In this document: one piece after another, positions 1 to 9,391 of the stretch | Layout of the letters: every line of letters begins with the position of its first letter | How positions within the stretch are numbered: the first letter of the stretch is position 1 | Assembly (NCBI GenBank): GCA_963933405.1 | Contig: CAWVSS010000002.1 | Coordinates: forward strand, 13,860 to 77,859 | Source of the DNA: an uncultured Flavobacteriales bacterium | GTDB taxonomy: Bacteria > Bacteroidota > Bacteroidia > Flavobacteriales_G > Salibacteraceae | DNA length: 64,000 nucleotides | Reading direction: 5' to 3' | Notes under the pieces: generated by a model | Database searches by the model: none | What the model was told of the DNA's origin: nothing | Seen by the model: the letters and a program-made list of their open reading frames with translations, nothing else | Made by a program: the position numbers and the translations under genes

Positions 1-2152
1 TGATGAACAACGCTGTGCATCATTGGATGGAAGTGCTCCTAATGGCAACCCGTTTCTAGACAATCAACTTATTATTTGTAGCACTGAATTTTTAGCAGGT
101 TCAGAAAAGCGAACTGGGCAAGCATTAGCTGCTGACTGGGATATGCTGGTTGTAGATGAAGCACATAATTTAGAATGGTCTGTTGAAACAGTAAGCAGGG
201 AGTATGGCACTGTAGAATTGTTAAGTAAAGTTGCAAAAGGATTACTGCTTCTTACAGCTACCCCAGAACAATTAGGAGTGGAAAGTCATTTTGCTCGACT
301 CCGATTACTTGACCCAAACAGATATGCAAACTTTGATGATTTTATAAATGAATCTTCTGACCATAAAAGTATTGCCAACATTGTTGAAAAACTATATTTG
401 AGAAAAGACTTGAATGCGGCGGATACAAATGTTTTAGAATCTCTTTTCTCAAAAGAAAGAATACAATCAATAATCAAAGGAAAAGATTCAGCGAAGGACA
501 ATCTTATTGAAAACCTACTCGACCAATATGGCCCAGGTAGAGTATTGTTCCGAAACACCCGTTCTGCAATGAGCGGATTTCCAAAGCGAAAAGCACATCT
601 TATTCTTTTAGAAACAACGAAAGATAAAGAGCTGTGGATGGAGCGTTTAAGCAATGAGTTTGCTTATGATATGGAGCAAAACGAAACAATAAAACAACAA
701 TTTTGGTTTGATAAAGATCCACGTGTTCAATGGCTGTTATCCAAAATGAAGGAAATCCATCCTGCAAAAGTATTGCTCATTTGCAAGAGCAAAGAAAAAG
801 TTCATGCACTGGAAGAAGTGTTAGCTAAGCGGTCTACTTTTAAAGTAGGCGTATTTCATGAAGATCTAACCATTGTTCAGCGCGATAGAAATGCAGCTTG
901 GTTCTCAGAATTAGATGGTGCTCAAATACTGCTTTGCTCTGAAATTGGAAGCGAAGGGCGAAATTTTCAATTCGCACATCACCTCATTCTATTTGACTTG
1001 CCTTTACATCCTGAATTGTTGGAGCAGCGAATAGGTCGCCTGGATAGGATTGGTCAAACTGACGATATAAACATTCATATCCCTTACCTAGCTGATAGTC
1101 CTCAGCATATGCTTGTAAAGTGGTTTCATAAAGGGTTAAATGCTTTTGAAAACAACATTGAAGGGGGAAATAAAATTTCTAAATTATTTAGTGATCGACT
1201 ACTTTATCTTTCAAAATCAGCCTTGGTTGGAGACAGTAATTCAGAATTGGAAGCATTGATAACCGAAACTTCAACCTTTCAAAAAGATCTTCAAGAAAGG
1301 CTAGCTAGCGGACGTGATAGGTTACTCGAAATGAATTCTTTTCGCCCTAAAACAGCAGCAAAACTGGTGAAACAAATTCAAGCAGAAGACAACGATAAGG
1401 GCCTTGAAAAGTACATGACGAAAGTCTTTGGGCATTTTGATATTGAAATGGAAGACCTTTCTTCCCGAACTTACTATCTGAATCCTACTTTAATAAACAC
1501 CGACATTTTTCCTTCGATTCCGCAAGATGGCATAGGTGTTACTTTTGACAGAAAACATGCTCTTAGCAGGGAAGAAATAAGTTTCCTTAGTTGGGATCAT
1601 CCAATGACAACCGATTCAATAGATATGGTTTTAAGTTCAGGAACGGGTAGTGCTAGTTATGGAGTTCTTAGAGCAACCGAAAGCCCAGGTCTTATACTTG
1701 AAATACTTTTTGTTCTAGAAACACCAGCTGGTGAAAATATTTATGTTGATCGTTTCCTTCCTAACACACCACTGCGAGTTATAGTAGATCATACTGGTAA
1801 CGAAGTAACCGATAAGTATCCTGTTGAAATACTCGACAAGAAATTGATTACTGGTCAAATAGACACTTTACTTGACAATGAAATATTAGTAGAAACACTT
1901 TTGCCTAAGATGATTACAGTAGCCACAAAAATAGCTAATGAAAAAAGTACTTTAGAAATAGCAAATGGGCTAAAGCGAATGAACCTTGCTTTAAATCATG
2001 AAATAGATCGACTCACAATATTACAAGAGAAAAATAACAACATCAGATCAGAAGAAATTTTAATAGCACTTGAAGAACAGATAGCATTAACATCGCTCAT
2101 TAAAAATGCAAGAGTACGGATGGATGCAATTCAACTTGTCAGAAAAGAGTAA
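1..2152 (+). CDS. rapA: RNA polymerase-associated SNF2-family ATPase RapA (HepA), 5'-truncated by window edge
   Basis: The frame is open from nt 2. It has the DEAH box (LVVDEAHNLEW), LLLTATPEQLGVESHFARLRLLDPNRY, CSEIGSEGRNFQF and LEQRIGRLDRIGQ. It is colinear, from memory, with E. coli RapA through the C-terminal domain. Confidence 0.85.
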   Translation, partial: DEQRCASLDGSAPNGNPFLDNQLIICSTEFLAGSEKRTGQALAADWDMLVVDEAHNLEWSVETVSREYGTVELLSKVAKGLLLLTATPEQLGVESHFARLRLLDPNRYANFDDFINESSDHKSIANIVEKLYLRKDLNAADTNVLESLFSKERIQSIIKGKDSAKDNLIENLLDQYGPGRVLFRNTRSAMSGFPKRKAHLILLETTKDKELWMERLSNEFAYDMEQNETIKQQFWFDKDPRVQWLLSKMKEIHPAKVLLICKSKEKVHALEEVLAKRSTFKVGVFHEDLTIVQRDRNAAWFSELDGAQILLCSEIGSEGRNFQFAHHLILFDLPLHPELLEQRIGRLDRIGQTDDINIHIPYLADSPQHMLVKWFHKGLNAFENNIEGGNKISKLFSDRLLYLSKSALVGDSNSELEALITETSTFQKDLQERLASGRDRLLEMNSFRPKTAAKLVKQIQAEDNDKGLEKYMTKVFGHFDIEMEDLSSRTYYLNPTLINTDIFPSIPQDGIGVTFDRKHALSREEISFLSWDHPMTTDSIDMVLSSGTGSASYGVLRATESPGLILEILFVLETPAGENIYVDRFLPNTPLRVIVDHTGNEVTDKYPVEILDKKLITGQIDTLLDNEILVETLLPKMITVATKIANEKSTLEIANGLKRMNLALNHEIDRLTILQEKNNNIRSEEILIALEEQIALTSLIKNARVRMDAIQLVRKE

Positions 2153-2280
2153 TTTATCACCCTGACAGCCTACACTTTAAAAATCCTGGTAGCTGAATTT
2201 ACTAAAAGTTAGACACATTGCAACAAAACGTATTGTAATACTTTTAAAATAAATATAATTAATGCATATTACCGACTTCT

Positions 2281-4140
2281 ATGAAGGTGAAAATTATGCA
2301 AGATATTAAAATGCTAAACTATATTAAAGATGTATTGGAAACCATGCCAAAGGCATGGTTCAATTTAACCACACATCGCTTAGATATTTATGATGAAAAA
2401 TTGGCCAAAACTCAATTCTTAGAGCAGTTTGAACTATTATTTAAGGCCAATAATTCTGCAGCATTGGCACTAAGTAAATTACCTACTGCATATGATTATA
2501 TTCGATTAGGTCATCCATTATCTTCCATACTAGAATGGGTTATTGCTGGATTTAACAATCTAGATTCAAAAAATGTAATCAGTTTTTCATCTAAGACAGT
2601 TCCTGTTTTGGCCATTCTAAGAAAAAATTTATTAGACAATAAAAACACTCAAATCCTTTATGCCGATGAATTACCAGAGTGTTTTGATGCTGAAGTATTG
2701 AGGAGTGTCTATGGCTATAAATTTGAGTTAAAGAAAGTAGAGAAAGTAGAGGATGCACCTGAATTTAACGGCAGTAACATTTTCGTTTCACACCAAGATG
2801 AAATAAATTCTCTTGATCTCACGCCCAACATTGACTTTTTTATAGGGCTTCATTCTCATCTTGGAAGTATTCTTCTAGTAAATGGGGTGAAAAACGAAAG
2901 CTATGTATCAGAAATTCAACACGTAAGGAGAAGAGAGACCATCGCTATGACGCCAGCCAATTCTCTGGATGCCTTAAAACTCCTAATAAGCAAGTCCTCT
3001 GTCTACACTATTAAAAGTAATGCTGAGGCAAATAAAACGCTTGTTTTAGGCTCAATAAAGGCAATTACCGGTTCAAATACAAAGGCACTTGTTGGTTCTA
3101 GTGGACTATCCATTCAATATGCAATTATAATGGGACTAATTGATGTTGCACTAGAAGAGCATAAAGGAAAAGCTATTAAAATAATTGTTCCTACAAATTG
3201 TTATGGCGGAACAAACGACCAAGCAAGACGTGTTGCTGCTTGTATTGATGCGGTTGAAGTAGTTGATTTAGCTGTTGATGGTGATCATGATATGGTTCAA
3301 AGCATTGATATTGTATTGGCTAAAATGGCGGATGAAGATGCTGTTCCTTACATCATCGCTGAAATTCCAACAAATCCTAGAGTTGAAGTTCCAGATCTTA
3401 TAAAATTAAAGAATGCTTTAAGCAAAGTGCGTAAAACTGCAAAAGGTGAAATGGCTATCGATCCAGTATTTATTTTAGATCAAACATTTTGTCCTAATGT
3501 GCACTTTTTAGGAGAGCATGATATACTATCAACAGTTAGGACCATTTCATACGTTAGTGGGTCTAAATTTCCGAGTGGCGGGCGATGTACTGCGGGTTAT
3601 TGTGTAGGAAATACAAAAACAGAAGCTTTGATGGAAAAAATAGAAAAGCATCTAATACTTTGCGATAATGAGGCAACAAATCTTCAAATGAAAATACTAG
3701 CCAAGCAATTACCTTCAATGAATCAACGAATAATTGATGCTTATAAAAACACACGTGAATTTGTAAACTTTATCAACGCTACTTTACCATCCGCTAAAAT
3801 AAATTTTGTTTCAGAAGAATTGGCTAATCAAGGATTTACCCCATCAGTTTTTTCATTAGATCTTCCTTCAAAAGGAAATACAGACGAAGAAAAAGAAGTC
3901 TATAAACGAGCGCTAAATCATAAATTAATCAATTTAATGATTACCGAAATCCCTAAGGAGAGCAAGTACTGCGTAAGTTATGGGCAGTTAAAGGGCTGTT
4001 ATTGGACCATACCCGCTACATCTACTCAAGGGACTACCAAAGAAGGCGACAAAGATTACATTGCCCGAGTAGCGCTTTCTCCTAATATGGATCTTGAACT
4101 TCATAAAAAAGTTTTTTTAAATTTTGTGGAAAATATTTGA
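2281..4140 (+). CDS. PLP-dependent enzyme of the Cys/Met-metabolism (cystathionine lyase/synthase) fold with about 250-aa N-terminal extension
   Basis: The C-terminal half carries family-like motifs: SSGLSIQYA, CYGGT, EIPTNPRVEVPD, LDQTF, a candidate PLP lysine in YVSGSKFPSGG, and IPATSTQG. The N-terminal part (YDYIRLGHPLSSILEWVIA) looks like a degenerate copy of the same fold. Confidence 0.5.
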   Translation: MKVKIMQDIKMLNYIKDVLETMPKAWFNLTTHRLDIYDEKLAKTQFLEQFELLFKANNSAALALSKLPTAYDYIRLGHPLSSILEWVIAGFNNLDSKNVISFSSKTVPVLAILRKNLLDNKNTQILYADELPECFDAEVLRSVYGYKFELKKVEKVEDAPEFNGSNIFVSHQDEINSLDLTPNIDFFIGLHSHLGSILLVNGVKNESYVSEIQHVRRRETIAMTPANSLDALKLLISKSSVYTIKSNAEANKTLVLGSIKAITGSNTKALVGSSGLSIQYAIIMGLIDVALEEHKGKAIKIIVPTNCYGGTNDQARRVAACIDAVEVVDLAVDGDHDMVQSIDIVLAKMADEDAVPYIIAEIPTNPRVEVPDLIKLKNALSKVRKTAKGEMAIDPVFILDQTFCPNVHFLGEHDILSTVRTISYVSGSKFPSGGRCTAGYCVGNTKTEALMEKIEKHLILCDNEATNLQMKILAKQLPSMNQRIIDAYKNTREFVNFINATLPSAKINFVSEELANQGFTPSVFSLDLPSKGNTDEEKEVYKRALNHKLINLMITEIPKESKYCVSYGQLKGCYWTIPATSTQGTTKEGDKDYIARVALSPNMDLELHKKVFLNFVENI

Positions 4141-4303
4141 GCCACCCGTATTGTTGACAGAGCATTTAACATGTTTGCCTGAGTCTATCGAGGGCTTCAC
4201 GTCCGAAAACATGTCTGCGCAAGGCAATCAAAAAGGAAACAACTAATTTCATTTTTAGTATGGCTCATTTTGTTGCTTACTTTAGTACTTTAACAACCCG
4301 TAA

Positions 4304-5101
4304 ATGAACACGATATCAAGGATAGCATCAATAGTAGAAGCGAATACTCTAGACTACTCAATTACTGGCTTTCCAACTTTTAATTTATCAGAATTAAACT
4401 TAGTAGCTGATCTTGAATTTCAATTGCCAACCAATTTAAGGTTGGGCCAATTGGCAGAAAAAATTGTGTCTGAATTAATTAAAGCATCTACCAACTACAA
4501 AGTGCTATATGAAAATATTCAGGTCATTGAGGCAAAAAAAACCATCGGTGAAATTGATTTCATTATTGAACAGATCAATACAAAAAAGCTAATCCATGTG
4601 GAATTAGCCTATAAGTTTTATCTGTTTGACCCAAGCCTTTCTTCAATGCCATTAAACAACTGGATTGGCCCGAATAGAAATGATTCTTTGAAAGAGAAAT
4701 TAGAAAAATTAAAAAGAAAACAATTTCCGTTACTGCACCATAACGCTACTAAATCAAAGTTTAATACTATACAAATTGACGAAGTTTCGCAAGCGCTGTG
4801 TTTGTTGGTGTCCTTGTTTGTTCCATACGAATGCAAAGCAAATTATAACCTCATTTATCAACAAGCCATAAAAGGCTATTATTTGAATTTTGAGACGTTC
4901 ATTAAACTTGATAATCCGGCAAAAACCTATTATTTACCTCCAAAAGTGGAATGGGGAATGGATTCCTCTGAAAATGAAAATTGGACAAACGTTAAGGGAG
5001 TAGAAAAGTACATTAGTGCAAGTATTAAAGAAAAACAAACCCCATTGTGTTGGCAGAAAGACAACGATTCATACTCAGCTTTTTTTATTATTTGGTGGTA
5101 A
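4304..5101 (+). CDS. DUF1853-like protein (PD-(D/E)xK nuclease-like core)
   Basis: GEIDFIIEQ ... IHVELAYKFYL resembles the D...E.K core I associate with DUF1853. The family assignment is from memory only. Confidence 0.45.
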   Translation: MNTISRIASIVEANTLDYSITGFPTFNLSELNLVADLEFQLPTNLRLGQLAEKIVSELIKASTNYKVLYENIQVIEAKKTIGEIDFIIEQINTKKLIHVELAYKFYLFDPSLSSMPLNNWIGPNRNDSLKEKLEKLKRKQFPLLHHNATKSKFNTIQIDEVSQALCLLVSLFVPYECKANYNLIYQQAIKGYYLNFETFIKLDNPAKTYYLPPKVEWGMDSSENENWTNVKGVEKYISASIKEKQTPLCWQKDNDSYSAFFIIWW

Positions 5102-5191
5102 GTTTCCTTACTTTACAAAAAAAGGGCTTTTATAATTAATGTTCCATTTTAGATTCATTAAAACTAGGACTATTATTTCTTTAATTTACAG

Positions 5192-5986
5192 ATGCGTTAT
5201 TTTTTACACATAGGATTCGATGGGAGCAACTACAGCGGTTGGCAGAGGCAGAAGAATACGCTAAACACGGTTCAAGAAATTTTAGAGCAAAAGCTCTCTC
5301 AACTCTTCAAGGAAAAAATGTCCGCATACGGTTGCGGCCGAACTGATGCTGGTGTTCACGCAAGTCAATACGTTATTCAAATTAACCTTGATGAAGCTCC
5401 AACATTCGACTTAAAATTTCGACTTAACAAAAACTTACCTGATGGCATTGCCATTTTTGAAATCTTCGAAGTTGATGAAAATCAACATTGCAGGTACGAT
5501 GCTGCGGCACGCACCTACGATTATTTCATTCATTGGAAAAAAGACCCAGTACTGATTGGTTACAGTTCTTTTTATGACGGCTTAATATTAGATTTCGACC
5601 TAATGAGAAAAGCTGCAGTTCTTATTTTTGAAACGAAAGATTTTAAACCGCTGTGCAAGCAACCAGATTTGTACACCAATACGTTGTGTGAGATAAGTGA
5701 AAGTGAATTGTTTGTCAATGAAGAACAGCAGCGACTGCGGTTTACCATTACTAGTAACCGCTTTCTTCGAGGAATGGTAAGGATTTGCATTTTCTTTTTA
5801 TTGGAAGTAGGGCGTGGTAAAATGACTTTAGAGGAGTTTCAGCAAATATTGAATCAGGAAAAAGAGATGAAAGAGAAAACTCCAGCATTTCCGAATGGCC
5901 TATACCTTAGCAAAGTGGAGTATCCGTTTTTGGAATTAAAAGATTCACATCACTTGATTAGGATGTTGAAGGTTGGGTTGGAGTAG
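5192..5986 (+). CDS. truA: tRNA pseudouridine(38-40) synthase TruA
   Basis: N-terminus MRYFLHIGFDGSNYSGWQRQ and the catalytic Asp motif GCGRTDAGVHA. Confidence 0.9.
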   Translation: MRYFLHIGFDGSNYSGWQRQKNTLNTVQEILEQKLSQLFKEKMSAYGCGRTDAGVHASQYVIQINLDEAPTFDLKFRLNKNLPDGIAIFEIFEVDENQHCRYDAAARTYDYFIHWKKDPVLIGYSSFYDGLILDFDLMRKAAVLIFETKDFKPLCKQPDLYTNTLCEISESELFVNEEQQRLRFTITSNRFLRGMVRICIFFLLEVGRGKMTLEEFQQILNQEKEMKEKTPAFPNGLYLSKVEYPFLELKDSHHLIRMLKVGLE

Positions 5987-6155
5987 AGGTAGTATCGAAT
6001 TTTATTTTTTGCTAAACCAAGGCCAATAGCTATCTAAATAGTTTGGGTAACCGAAGCGTTACTGTTAATTTAAAACAAGGATATAATTAAACATTACAAT
6101 CTGAGCACAATCCAGTAGCCTGAATTTATAATTGCTCAATTTTGTAGTCAGATAG

Positions 6156-6389
6156 TTATATTGAAGGAAATTTATCTACTTCAACACAAAAAATAATGCC
6201 ACACTTTTTACACTTAAAATGAATGTGCTGATGATGATGTGTGGTTGTATCATATTCTTCTTTGCAAATAGCATAATTAGATTTCTCTCCACTTACGGTA
6301 ATTTCATGAATAATACCCTTTTCTAATAAGACTTGTATCGTTCTATATAAATTGATACAGGTGTATTTTTTTAATTTTTTTTCAACTAT
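6156..6389 (-). pseudogene. Fur-family regulator remnant (C-terminal about 75 codons, no start codon)
   Basis: My manual minus-strand translation gives ..KKYTCINLYRTIQVLLEKGIIHEITVSGEKSNYAICKEEYDTTTHHHQHIHFKCKKCGIIFCVEVDKFPSI*. It contains the YRT recognition-helix motif, an HHH patch and a CxxC. An in-frame TAA lies at 6392-6390, and there is no ATG/GTG/TTG before the motif. Confidence 0.55.
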
Positions 6390-6658
6390 TTATAACGGAA
6401 TTAACAGTTTTGATTATAATTTACTTGGACAAGAAAACAACAAGGGAGCGTTAAAAATATTTAAATTTAACACCGAAATATCCTGATGGGTTTAACACGT
6501 GGTACAGCTATAGTGAGTACCTTTTGATGTTAGGAGAAAAAGCGGCAGCAGTAAAAGCATATCGAAAGTCATTGTGCCCAAATCCTAAAAACAAAGGAGC
6601 GGAAACAATAATTGAAAAAAATAAATATGAAAGTTCAACGAGGTATAGAATAATATGA
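6379..6658 (+). pseudogene. Remnant of a TPR-like C-terminal tail (as on serine hydrolases), frameshifted
   Basis: Frame A reads ..YNGINSFDYNLLGQENNKGALKIFKFNTEIS and stops at 6484. Shifted by one nucleotide, the reading continues YPDGFNTWYSYSEYLLMLGEKAAAVKAYRKSLCPNPKNKGAETIIEK..., stopping at 6656-6658. There is no upstream catalytic domain. Confidence 0.4.
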
Positions 6659-6735
6659 TTTCCTTGCCACGCAAAAGTTGGTGTATCTTATCCTTTCTTA
6701 AATAAACCATACAAAAATTACCTATCCCTAAGTAA

Positions 6736-7116
6736 ATGGAGCTAGACTATATAGAAAGCATAAATGCATTTGACGACAATGTTGTTAGATTATACAATTT
6801 TAATAAATCTCAAGCTATAAAATTTAGAGATTTAATCAACGATACCGTTATAATCAGAAAACAGAAATTAGATCTTTCGCAAGTTGAATTTATAGAAAGC
6901 CGCAATTGCAACTTAATTCTTGGCTTATTTAGAGAAGATGAAGGAATACTTAGTGATGATAATAAAACGTTTTATTGCCTATTAACATTAGAAAGCTATA
7001 AAACTATGTTGGAGCTTTTAGAGCCATTCTGTAATAAAGAAACCATAGGTTATCAGTATTTGTATGACGTTGATAATCCAACGGATTTATTATTTTCTCC
7101 AGCCGGTACTTGGTAA
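6736..7116 (+). CDS. hypothetical protein (126 aa)
   Basis: ORF only, with no recognisable motif. It lies next to the decayed region. Confidence 0.35.
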   Translation: MELDYIESINAFDDNVVRLYNFNKSQAIKFRDLINDTVIIRKQKLDLSQVEFIESRNCNLILGLFREDEGILSDDNKTFYCLLTLESYKTMLELLEPFCNKETIGYQYLYDVDNPTDLLFSPAGTW

Positions 7117-7538
7117 GAAGTTTTACAAAAAAAAACTACTACCGTTTATGCGAATCATTAAGCATTTCTAAACTAAAGTGTTATGAGTTATGACTGATTT
7201 TGAACCTATTATAAAAAACTTTAAAAAAAAGGAGTCATTTTTTCCGATTCCGAAATACAAGAATTCTGCAAGCTATTCAAGATGTTCTTTCTTAATAAGA
7301 ATCAATTTATTATTCAACCCGGTTTCGCAAATAAAAGCAGACCCATACGTTGTTAAAGTTACTTTTAGGGGTTATGTAATAGATAGAGGAGAGCAAAAAC
7401 ATATGAGTTAGCTATCAGAATAAGGTGATTTTCTCCACTTTAGTGAAATAAATGTTGGGTTTAGAACAATCCTTTATACGAAATTTAGGCGCAATCATAA
7501 TAAACCCTTACATTTGTATTCAAATAAATATTTTAATT

Positions 7539-7730
7539 ATGAATAACGGAACAGTAAAATTTTTCAACAACGACAAAGGATTTGGATTTATAACTCCAGA
7601 TGCAGGTGGCAAAGATGTATTTGTACATGTAAGTGGACTAATTGATGAAATTAACGAAGGGGACAAAGTAAGCTACGATGAAGAAGAAGGTCCTAAAGGA
7701 AAAAGTGCAGTAAATGTTAAATTAGTTTAA
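7539..7730 (+). CDS. cold-shock protein (CspA family)
   Basis: [18 protein letters not shown] (RNP1) and VFVHVSGL (RNP2). I trimmed the ORF-track N-terminal extension to the ATG at 7539. Confidence 0.9.
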   Translation: MNNGTVKFFNNDKGFGFITPDAGGKDVFVHVSGLIDEINEGDKVSYDEEEGPKGKSAVNVKLV

Positions 7731-7760
7731 GCAATTACTTAATACAATTTTCAAAAAAAA

Positions 7761-7787
7761 GCCCGTCAGTAATGATGGGCTTTTTTG
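7761..7787 (+). terminator. rho-independent terminator after csp
   Basis: Imperfect hairpin gcccgtcagtaatgatgggc followed by tttttt. Confidence 0.6.
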
Positions 7788-7935
7788 TTTGTTATAACAC
7801 TTGTAATACAATCTCAATAACAAATGGTGTTTGTAGTTAATAAAGTTCTTTTACCTCCATCTAGCTTGGTTTACCAACGATTCCTAGTTAACGTACAAAA
7901 AGCACTTTTGTGAATAGCAAAAGGGCTTTTGTATT

Positions 7936-7943
7936 TATATTTG
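7936..7943 (+). promoter_or_regulatory. Bacteroidota-type -7 promoter element (TAnnTTTG)
   Basis: TATATTTG lies 17 nt upstream of the cyclophilin ATG at 7961. This is a motif match only. Confidence 0.3.
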
Positions 7944-7960
7944 CATCAAAATATAATACA

Positions 7961-8395
7961 ATGCAAAAAGTAGAAATACACACAGATAAAGGAGTGATGA
8001 AAATTGAGCTTTATCAAAAAGATGCTCCAAAAACAGTTGCCAATTTTATTAAACTGGCTGAATCAGGTTTTTACAACGGATTAACCTTTCATAGAGTTAT
8101 ACCAAATTTTGTTGTTCAAGGTGGTTGCCCAGATGGAACAGGTGCAGGTGGGCCAGGTTACTCAATTGATTGTGAATTAGATGGTGAAAATCAACATCAT
8201 GATAAGGGAGTTTTAAGTATGGCGCATGCTGGTAGAAACACAGGTGGATCACAGTTTTTCATTTGCCACAGTAGAGAAAATACAGCTCACTTAGATAGAA
8301 ACCATACTTGTTTTGGTAAAGTAGTAGAAGGAGTTGAAATTATTGACCAAATTGTTGGTGGTGATGTAATGAACAAAGTAGTTGCTATAGATTAA
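7961..8395 (+). CDS. cyclophilin-type peptidyl-prolyl cis-trans isomerase
   Basis: [19 protein letters not shown] and [12 protein letters not shown]. Start trimmed to [11 protein letters not shown]. Confidence 0.9.
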   Translation: MQKVEIHTDKGVMKIELYQKDAPKTVANFIKLAESGFYNGLTFHRVIPNFVVQGGCPDGTGAGGPGYSIDCELDGENQHHDKGVLSMAHAGRNTGGSQFFICHSRENTAHLDRNHTCFGKVVEGVEIIDQIVGGDVMNKVVAID

Positions 8396-8627
8396 CGTTT
8401 CTTAGCACTTTGTTTTAATGTTCAACCAAACATTATTGAAGTGGAGACTTAGCGGGTTTCCGGAAATGGTCCTTTTTTAAGGGCCATTTTTGTTTTATAA
8501 CTGATTTTTATTTTGAATACATTGGTTCCCCTTAACCCAAAGGTGTTCATTTATAAACCTACTATTCAAAGTAGAATAAATGAAACTCAGGTTTTAAGTT
8601 TACCCTATATTTGAGCAAATTTTTAGT

Positions 8628-9374
8628 ATGAAAATGTTAGAAGGAAAAACCGTGTTGATTACGGGAGCATCAAGAGGAATAGGAAAAGGAATTGCCGAAG
8701 TTTGTGCAGCCCAAGGGGCTAATATTGCATTCACCTATTTGTCGTCAGAACAAAAAGCCAATGATTTGGCAAAACACCTTTCAAATAATTCAAATAAAGT
8801 AATAGGTTATAAAAGTAACGCCGCAAAATTTGATGAATCTGAAAAGTTAGCTACTGAAGTGATAGCTGAGTTTGGAGGAATTGATGTTTTGGTGAACAAC
8901 GCTGGTATTACAAGAGATAACTTATTAATGCGAATGACTGAAGATGCATGGGATGAGGTAATGGAGATAAATTTAAAATCGGTATTTAATTTGACCAAAG
9001 CTGTTCAACGAACCATGTTAAAGAAAAGAAGCGGTTCAATAATTAATATTACTTCTATAGTTGGTGTTCGCGGTAATGCAGGACAATCTAATTATGCTGC
9101 ATCTAAAGCAGGAATTATAGGGTTCACTAAATCTATCGCCATAGAATTAGGTTCAAGAAACATAAGATGCAATGCCATTGCACCTGGTTTTATCGAAACC
9201 GAAATGACGGAACAATTGGATGAGAAAACCATGACAGATTGGAAAGCTAGCATTCCTCTTAAAAGAGGAGGTAAGCCAGAAGATATTGCTAATGCTGTTG
9301 TGTTCTTAGGATCTGACCAATCAACATATATTACAGGACAAGTGTTAAATGTTTGTGGCGGATTAGTAACCTAG
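8628..9374 (+). CDS. fabG: 3-oxoacyl-[ACP] reductase FabG (SDR family)
   Basis: TGASRGIGKGIA cofactor-binding motif, NNAG, catalytic YAASK, and a length of 248 aa. Confidence 0.85.
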   Translation: MKMLEGKTVLITGASRGIGKGIAEVCAAQGANIAFTYLSSEQKANDLAKHLSNNSNKVIGYKSNAAKFDESEKLATEVIAEFGGIDVLVNNAGITRDNLLMRMTEDAWDEVMEINLKSVFNLTKAVQRTMLKKRSGSIINITSIVGVRGNAGQSNYAASKAGIIGFTKSIAIELGSRNIRCNAIAPGFIETEMTEQLDEKTMTDWKASIPLKRGGKPEDIANAVVFLGSDQSTYITGQVLNVCGGLVT

Positions 9375-9391
9375 TATTTTAACCTAAACAT

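Noticed and set aside
286-654. 122-aa minus-strand ORF inside rapA
   Set aside because: It is antisense to a strongly supported gene, has low-complexity S/F/R-rich content and no motif. It is a typical shadow ORF.
4141-4303. Slightly GC-richer spacer with repeated aacatgt[t/c]tgc words and a 29-codon minus-strand ORF (MKLVVSFLIALRRHVFGREALDRLRQTC)
   Set aside because: The repeats are only about 11 nt and the ORF is too short to support a gene, REP element or ncRNA call without comparative data.
1-5101. SNF2 helicase + PD-(D/E)xK-like protein as a possible phage-defence module (DISARM/Zorya-like idea)
   Set aside because: The helicase is colinear with housekeeping RapA, including its specific C-terminal domain. 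The nuclease-like gene is separated from it by a metabolic PLP enzyme. No methylase, PLD or DUF1998-type partner is present.
3563-5790. Short antisense ORFs (3563-3754, 4618-4836, 5572-5790)
   Set aside because: Each lies fully inside a better-supported gene on the opposite strand, and none has a recognisable motif.
7190-7411. 73-aa ORF upstream of csp
   Set aside because: No motif, odd composition, and it lies in what is more plausibly the csp 5' leader or promoter region.
7452-8395. N-terminal extensions offered by the ORF track for csp (7452) and cyclophilin (7910)
   Set aside because: The extensions are hydrophobic or low-complexity and absent from these highly conserved families. The internal ATGs at 7539 and 7961 give canonical N-termini. 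The same logic was applied to uvrA (24007), thrS (33488), the 28869-30287 gene and the GT-C gene (44253).
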